Origin: Octopus sinensis
Lineage: Eukaryota
Direction of reading: 5' to 3'
Length of the DNA: 64,000 nt
Assembly (NCBI RefSeq): GCF_006345805.1
Contig: NC_043013.1
Coordinates: 38,378,001 to 38,442,000 of the forward strand
Under the pieces are notes generated by a model. That model was not told where the DNA came from, ran no database searches, and was given only the letters and a program-made list of their open reading frames with translations. This document shows, piece by piece, positions 54,671 through 64,000 of the stretch. A program made the translations under genes and the position numbers. How positions within the stretch are numbered: the stretch's first letter is position 1; every line of letters begins with the position of its first letter.

Positions 54671-56835
54671 ACATTTATAACTGTTAACTGCAATATGTTT
54701 ATCTGAAAATGTTAACTGCAATCTTTCAGTGTTCCAATACATGTTCTACGTATTCTACGAAGGTTGTACATTATACAATAAGCGCGATTTTTCTCTCTTT
54801 TTTTTTCTCTCTTTTCTTTATCGTCACTAGCATGAGGATGGTCGGTGGATTATTGGAATCGCAAGTGCGTTGGGAAAAATGCTTTCCAGACATTCGACAC
54901 TTTGTATTATGAATTCATATCCAACCGTTTCCAAATTTATTTTTACAGTTTCATGATTTCTAAATAAAGGGCCTACTTTATTATGTAATCATCTGTTTCC
55001 TCTTTACAGAATTTTTGGACTTGTACCTATTGTGAGTAAGCAGTGATAATTTCAACTCCAATATTTGGTTTGCCATAGAGATACAGGTACTTACTTTATT
55101 TATGCCCATCACTTCCTGTGGAGGCCTCCAACGACATTTTTTCGATGTTCTCGCTCATGAGCTGTTTTTCTTTGTTGAGTTTGTATTGTCATTGATGCTT
55201 CTGAAACTTTCAGTTTTTTTCTAGATAGGTGTATTATTCATACGCAAACGCATATTCACCTCACGCCCGCGTTAGACTGGCCTCTGTGCTTTGACCTGTT
55301 CAGCATGGTAGACTGTAGTATAGGCTTGCTCCTTCCCAGCTTTTCTCTTGGCATCATAAGGCACACAAACCGTCACAGTGTAACATAGATTGAACCTTGT
55401 GATGTAGATATAAGTGTAAGTACATCAATATTCATTTGAATATTAAATTTACTACTCTATGCGCAAGATAATCGAAATTCTGTTTTCTGATTCCGATTAA
55501 CTTTGCATGCATGTAATAACTTATATACTAATTCACCTTGCATATATTGATTCATGGTCAGCTAGATACTACATTATACAATGGAAGAATACGGAATAAA
55601 AAATGTAGTCTGTACATAGTTACTCTCTCTTACTTTCTCACTCTCTCCCTATTTAACCCCTCTCTTTCCCTCTCGCCTCTCTCTCTCTCGTCTCTCTCTC
55701 TCTCTCGTCTCTCTCTCTCTCTCTCGTCTCTCTCGCTCTCTCGTCTCTCTCTCTCTCTCTCGTATCTCTCTCTCTCGTCTCTCTCTCTCTTTCTCACTCT
55801 CTGCTAAATATAGCATCCAAATATTTCTGAAATCACGCTTATAGGATCTAAGACAAAGCACGGGACACATATACTATAGTGTGAGTTACCTTATGCCTCA
55901 AAATAAGCCGATGTAACCATAAGTTAAACTTTAAAGCTCGATCAAAGTTGAATAACAAAAACAATAATGACACCAGTAATCTTTATGGAATATAAAAAAA
56001 AAACTCTGAATAGTGTTGTTGAACTTCCAATACATAGTTGCCAGTCCTCCCACTTTTTTCACAATACCGTCTTAAAAAATTAATTAACAGTGAATAATAT
56101 AGTCCTAGCAATATTTCTTTCTGTGGAACGAGAGAGTCACGTTTGGGTTACATTTTATAATATGCCTCCTTGATCAGTGCTGACCGGGAAAACAACAAAT
56201 TCTCAGCGATGACTAGGGAAGCTCTACATGATCGCTGCACCTGCTCGAATTAACTGCTAAATACCATGTAATCTAAACCCGATCCCCCTCAGGAAGAAAA
56301 TTTCTGAAAAAAATTTTAACTTTTGAAAAAAAAAAAAAGAACAAAAACAACACAACGTGGAAGTCACGGTTAGGAAGTTACTGCAAACTCAGGGTCAGTT
56401 TATGGTTACGCGTGCACACACACACACACAACACACAGGCTTAGAGAAGAAAGAGGAAGATTGTAGGGAGTCCAACACATAGATGGGTTTGAAAAATATG
56501 ACGTCATTCATGTTCTTCGTGAAAACCATACATAACTGGAAAACAGCTTTATCAGCAATTAGTAAAAATCTACACTGTTCTGTAGGGAAGCCATATTTGT
56601 ATTGAATGCATTAAAAAAAAAAGATGCCATTTTAAGTGAATTAATAATACGCAGTTTCTCAGTAGACTTCGAAAACAAAACAAACCAAAAACACAAAAAA
56701 AAGGAAAGGAAAGAAAAGAAGAGAGGCACTTTTAAAGGAGATCGGTAGGTTGGCCACGCATGTACACAAGAAAATACTTCGAATATTCAACCTTTCAGTG
56801 TAACCTCTATTTGCAATCTTCAAGAATACTGATGG

Positions 56836-56888
<53 letters not shown>

Positions 56889-57994
56889 GTGATGGTGATG
56901 GTGATAATGATGATGATGATGGTGATGGTGGTGGTGGTGGTGGTGGTGGTGATGATGAATTAAAAAAAAATAATCTATTTACGCAAAATCATCGTTTGAC
57001 ACATTATTTTTTTCCCCTCTGCCAGAAATTAAATGTTTCTATTCCCACTGAGATCTTTCGGTTTTTACCCAAGACAATATATTAATATATAAAAACTTGT
57101 CATGTGACGAAATTTTTTTTTCTTTCCCTCTCATCTTCCAACGATACATAAAAGTAATTCATTGTGTTCATTCTGTTAATAGTTTGAACATCTATGCGTC
57201 AGTCTGTCCATGTATGTGTCTAAGCTCGGCGAGAATTACGTATACACGTCTGTGCCTGTGCGCGCGCGTGAGTGTGTGTGTGTGTGTGTGTATATCTGCC
57301 TTACTATCTATGTGTATGCGTAAACGTGTGAGCTATGTTTTAACAATTTCTGTCATGAAATACCGCAGAGCTATTACCACTTGTAAAGACCTGATTTTAA
57401 AACGTGTGATGCTAAATAATTACACAGTTGTTCCCCCAAACGCTACTTTTAATTCACAACACAGCACCAGTCCTGTCTTATTATAACCATTAAACAGAAC
57501 AAAGTTCTTTTCTTTTTCGTGCCCGTAGGTCGACTAATTTCTAAACTAATGACTCTTACATTCTTAGGGTGTGGTCTCTTAAACATATTTTAATTATTTC
57601 GCATATATTTGTAAATAACCCCTGACATTTCTGCTGGTTACTGTTGCCGTTGTAGTTGTTGCTGTTCTTGTTGTTGTTGTTGTTTTCGCATAGTTATGGT
57701 GGCGCTGTTTTTCGGGTTTATAAATAGCATATTATCTAAAGACATGCGTTCGCAGATTTTGATGTTGCTGCCTCTTGTTCCCAGTTTGGCACTGATGAAG
57801 CAGTTATATAAGATTAAAGGCCGTCTATCATTCTCCTCATGTATATATCTAAGACTACATCATCCACAGGCACTTTATTTTCAATGGAAGTGAGCGGTAT
57901 TTGACTACTGTTTCTCGCAGGTCAAGGCATCCAACAAACCTTCCTCATATATATATATGTATAAATATGTATATATATATATATACATACATAC

Positions 57995-58028
<34 letters not shown>

Positions 58029-58042
58029 ATATATATATATAT

Positions 58043-58081
<39 letters not shown>

Positions 58082-58098
58082 CATACATATAATATATA

Positions 58099-58136
<38 letters not shown>

Positions 58137-58143
58137 TATATAT

Positions 58144-58483
58144 ATGGCTCAGTGGTTAGAGCGTCGAGCTTACGATCGTGAGGTTGTGAGCTCGAATCCC
58201 GGACAGGGCTGGGTGTTGTGTTCTTGAGCAAGGCACTTTATTTCACGTTGCTCCAGTTCACTCAGCTGTAGAAATGAGTTGCGACGTCACTGGTGCCAAG
58301 CTGTATCGACCTTTGTCTTTCCCTTGGATAACACTGGTGGCGTGGAGAGGGGAGGCTGGTATGCATGGGCGACTGCTGGTCTTCCATAAACAACCTTGCC
58401 CGGACTTGTGTCTAGGAGGGTAACTTTCTAGGTGCAATCCCATGGTCATTCATGACCGAAGGGGGTCTTTACCCTTTACCCTT
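58144..58483 (+). mobile_element. tRNA-derived SINE family C, full length
   Basis: TGGCTCAGTGG A box, GCTCGAATCC B box, GTGTTCTTGAGCAAGGCACTTTATTTCAC core, (TTTACCC)2 tail. Confidence 0.88.
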
Positions 58484-58525
58484 ATATATATATATATATA
58501 AAATAGTAATAAAAATAATAATAAT

Positions 58526-58730
58526 AAGGCCAGCTGGCAGAGACGTTAGCGCGCCGGGCGAAAATGCTTAGCGGTATTTCGTCTGTCGTTACGTTCTGAG
58601 TTCAAATATAATTTACAGGCGCAGGTGGGATAAGAAGCTAGCTTCCCAACCAAGTGAGTGGCACCTTGGCGAAGTGACTTCTACTGTATACTTGGGGAGA
58701 CCAATAACTTGTGAATGGATTTGGTAAGCA
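58526..58730 (+). mobile_element. Family B head (58526-58607) followed by a degraded family A head
   Basis: CAGCTGGCAGAGACGTTAGCGCGCCGGGCG; GGCACCTTGGCGAAGTG..GGATTTGGTA. Confidence 0.75.
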
Positions 58731-59059
58731 ATCGTTTGGATTAGTTAAACATTAAACATAGGCGAATATTGTTATTTCAGGATATAACCGTTACGTTGGC
58801 AATTCCGTATGTTTGAAATAACAGATGTTTAGAGAAATTCTGTAATTCATTTCAGGGAAACGAAGCTATATAGATTGCTTAGCCGTGGAAAGACACTCTA
58901 TAGATTATTATAATAATACTAAAGAAAAAATCAGTGGGCGCATAACGTTTAATATTCGAGTGAAAACTGGATATACTAGACTATCCAAATATGTACAGAC
59001 GTTTATATATTTTCACAATCAAACAGCTCAAAAGACACTGGTGTTGTTCCACATAGGTA

Positions 59060-59767
59060 AGACTTTTAATGATTAGTAAAACTGGTATAAAGACTATAAT
59101 GAACTTAGTTTTGGAGTATGCTGGTTTAAAATCTAACGTTTCGAAGAGATTGCTCTTCAGAGAAAACGTTATTGGAGATTACTGCGTGAGAGATAGCAGA
59201 ATTTTACGTCGTCATAGTTAGAATGACTGGCTGCAACTGATGAGTAACTCTGAAACACGGAAGCTTCTTCAAGGAACAGGAAGTTTTTGGGAAGAGAGAA
59301 GCAGGGTATGAGAAATAGAATTAAAGAAGAATATAAATGGGAAGAGTGTGAAGCCGAGAGCGATATGAAGGGAAAAGATGAAGAGGGACGTCTAAGGATA
59401 AGAAACTGTTTAATGAACTAGGAGGAAGCGTAGTAGTAGACGGGAAAATGTTCATTTAAATCTGTCAATGAAACGGAACCGAGTTCGAATTTGAAACGTT
59501 GTTTTCAATATGATTTGAATCCTTGGTGTGCCGAGATACCGAAATGCTAAATGATTAATGGAATGGTCTGTAGTGTTCAAGTTGGTGGTCATAGTCTGGC
59601 CTGGCACACATATTAGTATACGTCGAATTTTCTCCCTTAAAGATCGGCAAATTTTCGACCTCTCCCTCTATCGTAAAGAATGCTGCAATATTTCAATATC
59701 ATACAATATATAACGTTAGAGGTTATGCAAGATAAGTTCCGGTTAATATAATATAATCACTTGGGCC
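59060..59767 (-). mobile_element. Penelope-like element remnant: GIY-YIG endonuclease, pyrimidine-rich 3' UTR, degenerate hammerhead
   Basis: Minus 59767-59442: GP..SCITSNVIYC..C..LY..GRKFAD..DHSINHL..QRFKFELGSVS..LNEHF (compare TCxSSNVIYCIxC..YIGETGR..GLN). At 59132-59165: TCT-CTGAAGA..GAAA-CG-TT-AGA. Confidence 0.75.
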
Positions 59768-60191
59768 ACATGATGGTGGTAATGCTAATGTAGGTGAACT
59801 GCTTGTATATTCACTAATATATATCCATTATTCATTTGATGACGATGTACATTCCATCGCTCCATGTAGTCTCTCGGTTCAGATAGCCTCATATTTTGAT
59901 ATGTGCATAAGATATATTTATACACATGTGCATCCCTACCACCACGTACACGTGCATACCCACACACACATTCAAAAACAAACACATATATTTCCCTCAT
60001 CATAAAAACTATTCTTATACCTGTATAACTGTTAATGTAGAACTGTTACTGCACGTAAACTTTTTGCCTATATCTAGCCTGCAAAGAGTTTACTAAACAA
60101 AAGTATATATGCACACACATTGTTATGCTTACATAGATGCATACATTGTCACGTAAACTTGTTTAAGCCGTATTAATACATACGGATAGTC

Positions 60192-60375
60192 AAGGCGGTG
60201 TGCTGGCGGCAGAATAGTTACCACGACGGGTAAAAGGCTTAGCGTCATTATGTCCGTCTATACGTTCTGAGTACAAATTCTGTCCAACTCGACTTTACCT
60301 TTCATTCTTTCGGGGTCGATAAAATGAACTTATCCCCTCCACGGAAATTACTGGTCTTGCGTCAAAATTTAAAAT
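60192..60375 (+). mobile_element. Degraded family B SINE
   Basis: AAGGCGGTGTGCTGGC..CTTTCATTCTTTCGGGGTCGATAAA. Confidence 0.8.
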
Positions 60376-60715
60376 CTAGTGTGTGTGTGTGTGTGAAAGA
60401 GAGTGTATATGTGTCTGTGTATGTGTGTGTCGGCACGCGTGCGTCAGTGGATGTATTGTCGTATGTTATGTATGGGTCTGTCATTAGCATGACAAATCTT
60501 ATCTAAGAAACGGCAAATTGTAGAGAGTTAGGATGGATGACACAAAAACCATGCATACGTCTTTCAGAGCTCGCGCAAACATAGGCATGTTCTTGGAGCT
60601 AAAGTTTCTAATAGCTGAGTTGAGTAATGATTATTACGTGAACGGTATGAAATGAATTTTACTTTTACCCCGAGTCAAGAGCACTGTTCAATAATCCCAT
60701 TATATAGATTCATTT

Positions 60716-60801
<86 letters not shown>

Positions 60802-61605
60802 CATCTATCTATTATTTACCTATGTATCTATGTATCTATGTATGTATGTATGTATGTATGTATGTATCTATATGTGTACATGTATTTGTGTGTGTACATA
60901 TATATATATATGTATATATATGTATATATATATATTTCTGTATATATGTATATGTATATGTATATATATATATATATGTATATAAAATTTATAACAGTGT
61001 GTATATATGACTGTGGGACTGAGAGAGTGAGTGTGTGTGTGAATGTGTATGCGCGTGAGCTATTGTGTTTGTTTATGTATGTATGTGTATGTGTGTTTGT
61101 GTATGTGTGTGTGTTCATAATAAGTGTGAAATTCTCTATATCAATAACCATTCAGGTTGACAGAATGTCAAGATATTACTTCCCACCTTGTGTTTATTGG
61201 AGATGAAACAGAAATAAGTATTACAGATTATGAGAGCCACAGAATCCCATGCATACCCATACGAATAAACAAATAAACATACACTCACGCACGGGCACCA
61301 AAACACGCACACACTCCATATTTCTCTCACGCATACACACACTCATATATATACATATGTAATTTATCCATATGTATGTATGAATACAGATTAAACTGAT
61401 ATAAAATACTATATATATGTATTAGGTTATACATATAAATCTGTATGCCTAAATATATACATAGATATGTTACATACTTGTTCATAGTTTATCTCTCTCT
61501 CTTCTGACTCTCTCTTCTCCATTCAACTGTTCGCTTTGAATACTTGTTCGTATATATATATATATATATATATACATACACACCACACACACACACACAC
61601 ACACA

Positions 61606-61663
<58 letters not shown>

Positions 61664-61830
61664 CGTATCTATATCCTCCCTTCTACACAATTACACACAC
61701 ACAGCTTTTACATTTATGTACATCTGTGCTACGAGGTATTCATGTATGTATATATACTTTCATACATACATGGATATTACATACATACATTCAATATCTA
61801 TACATATCAACGCATATATGTACTTTAATA

Positions 61831-61873
<43 letters not shown>

Positions 61874-61874
61874 G

Positions 61875-61912
<38 letters not shown>

Positions 61913-62656
61913 ATATATATATGTATGTATATATATTTTTATATATATATATATAAATATTTATACATATATATATAAAACTAGAGAGAGGGAAGGAGAG
62001 TCACAGACACATATATGATATCTGGTACCTTGCGTTGAACAACAAATAGTATTTACTGTAAAAGCAAGGCATTTAAAGTAAAAACACTTTATGTAAATAT
62101 TCTTCACATTGGCAAGGGAACATCTGCCGTAGGAGATATTGACAGATTTTTAAATAAATATAGTCGACCATGTGTATTTGGTGCCAAAAGAATAATAGAA
62201 TCAAGGTAGAATGGCGTTTTAGAAATAGCAGCTTTCGGTTACATGGAATTGGTAAGATGTTCTGCGAATAGCAAATGTGCGATCTGCATAAAGTTAGTAT
62301 GTTGTTTTGTAACAATATGAGAAAATCTGCGGCGTGTTAATTACGAATTGGAAATAGGACATTTTATACAATTTCACAACAAATAAGGAAGAAAAATGAC
62401 ATGCGCAAATGATCACTAAAGCGCATGCGCACATTTCTCTCACTCTCTCACTCTCTCTCCACATACACACATGCAGACACATGTGAAACTATAAGTTTAC
62501 TCTATATTTTGAATCTTGAGTGGAGCTGCAGTTGTATTTACACCTACATCGCGTAATGAATACGAACAATGCATTTTTAATACTTCGACTAACGCGTATA
62601 TGTCGAATATTTTATCGAATATTTTGTATTGAAATACTCGATGTTCAGATAGTTTA

Positions 62657-62693
<37 letters not shown>

Positions 62694-62715
62694 GCTAACA
62701 ATAATATTGTCCTTT

Positions 62716-63101
62716 CCTTCGTCACGCGGAAGAGAGGAAACAGAGACAACTGATGAAGGGAAAAGTTCTTTATGTTGCATGTTTGTTTTTTTCGTTGGTC
62801 GAAAAAAAAGTTCGTTTTCTATGTTTTTACGCTTATGTTTTCGTCTCCCATAGTGTTCAACGTTTTTTGATGTCCTGTACCCATATATGCATGTATATAT
62901 ACATACCTATGTAGGTCTGTACATATATATGAGTACAGGACACCACAAATAAACGTAGAACTCAACGAGAAACGAAAACATAAAAACAAACTAGGAAACG
63001 GACTTTTTTTAACAACGAAAAACAGAGTACAAGTCAAACAATACAAGGAATATTCCTCTTCATCAGCTGTCCCTGGTTCGACTCAATGCGTGTTTCGAAG
63101 G
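62716..63101. mobile_element. Diverged inverted repeat (about 175-bp arms) with CTGATGAAG in both arms
   Basis: 62716-62889 aligns to the reverse complement of 62922-63101 (GACA.CTGATGAAG.., TGTCCTGTAC.CATATAT). Confidence 0.75.
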
Positions 63102-63199
63102 TATATTTAATATATATGAAGTTATTATAATAATCTCATCTGCTTAGCATGCCGGTACAGCATATTAATACCCTTAATTATTGATATATATATATATAT

Positions 63200-63439
63200 G
63201 ATCACCACTACTTTCGTATCTCCTTTCTTCCAGGCTCTCCTGTGACCCTTATGTCAGGCATTCGCCATGATATATCGCTAGCCACCTTGCATTACTTATT
63301 TTCTCTCCTTGTTTCTTTCTGTGTTCCTTTCTGTGGAAGAGCGTTAGCTCAAAATGTTAGACTTTTTCACTTCTCGAGTGTTATACTAATACATCCTTTT
63401 GTTGTCTTCGTCGTGTTTTCTTTTTTTTTGGTGAATTCT

Positions 63440-63440
<1 letters not shown>
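63200..63440 (+). mobile_element. Penelope-like repeat with a CUGUGGA hammerhead-like motif
   Basis: CCTTT-CTGTGGA-A-GAGC-GTTA-GCTC-AAAA-TG-TT-AGA at 63326-63362; homologous to 48545-48625. Confidence 0.6.
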
Positions 63441-63505
<65 letters not shown>

Positions 63506-63795
63506 CGTATATCAATATTTAAGGGTACTATATATATATATATATATACATTCTGTGATTACAACACGTAATACACATATTTAAACACTTTATTTACATA
63601 AAATGATGCGTTTTATATTTAAAATTGATCCAATTTACATGAGGCTTTACTAATAACGAGTTTATGGAGTGTTGAAGGTGTTCAGGCAAAGTCGGCCGTT
63701 ATCCATGTAAATCCAGAAATCGAGTAGAATTTACTTTGTTAACTTTATGTACACTGTTTGGTACGTTCTGGTCTGTAATATTATATAAAAGCTAT

Positions 63796-64000
63796 AAGGC
63801 GGTGTGCTAGCAGAATATTTAACCGAGCTATATGCCTAGCGACATTCGTCTGTATTTACGTTCTCAGTTCAAATTCAGTCGACATCGACTATAACGTTCA
63901 TCCTTTTGGCGTCGACGAAATAAGTACCAGTTGAGTCCTGGGGTCGATGTAATAGATTTAACCCCCTCCTTGCAATTACTGGCTTTGTGCCAAAAGTTTA
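63796..64000 (+). mobile_element. Degraded family B SINE running to the window end
   Basis: AAGGCGGTGTGCTAGCAGAA..TAAGTACCAGTTGAGTCCTGGGGTCGATG. Confidence 0.8.

Noticed and set aside
58144-58215. Possible tRNA gene (likewise other A/B-box heads)
   Set aside because: No complete cloverleaf, and it continues into a SINE body and tail.
59232-59262. Plus-strand CTGATGAGTAACTCTGAAAC hammerhead candidate
   Set aside because: No usable stem II, stem I or cleavage triplet.
62040-62400. Possible ancient Penelope RT fragment (minus)
   Set aside because: Similarity by eye too weak to support.

Overview
A 64 kb eukaryotic window, very AT-rich and saturated with microsatellites ((TA)n, (TATC)n, (CA)n, (TTA)n, (ATC)n), with one 100-N scaffold gap at 49550-49649. 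The SINE families and repeat landscape resemble an octopod cephalopod (Octopus-like); this is inference. No intact host gene is supported, and almost all long ORFs in the track are microsatellite translation artefacts. The content is a transposon graveyard: (1) three or four tRNA-headed SINE families; (2) decayed LINEs of the RTE, R4/Dong-like and CR1/L2 groups; (3) Tc1/mariner remnants; (4) a Penelope-like GIY-YIG remnant. The most striking pattern is a set of unrelated short repeats carrying minimal type-I hammerhead-ribozyme (HHR) folds, including a U3-A8 compensatory core and an A6U core. Many lie inside fold-back palindromes or tandem copies next to TA microsatellites, and one near-perfect hairpin element carries a 14-bp target-site duplication (TSD). 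Other notable items are a twin-priming-type 5'-inverted RTE insertion, a 113-bp identical core between two inverted RTE relics, a LINE/SINE shared 3' hairpin with covariation, a same-strand pile-up of (TAA)n-tailed elements, and an unexplained 133-bp GC-rich insert. All translations and folds were done by eye and coordinates are approximate.
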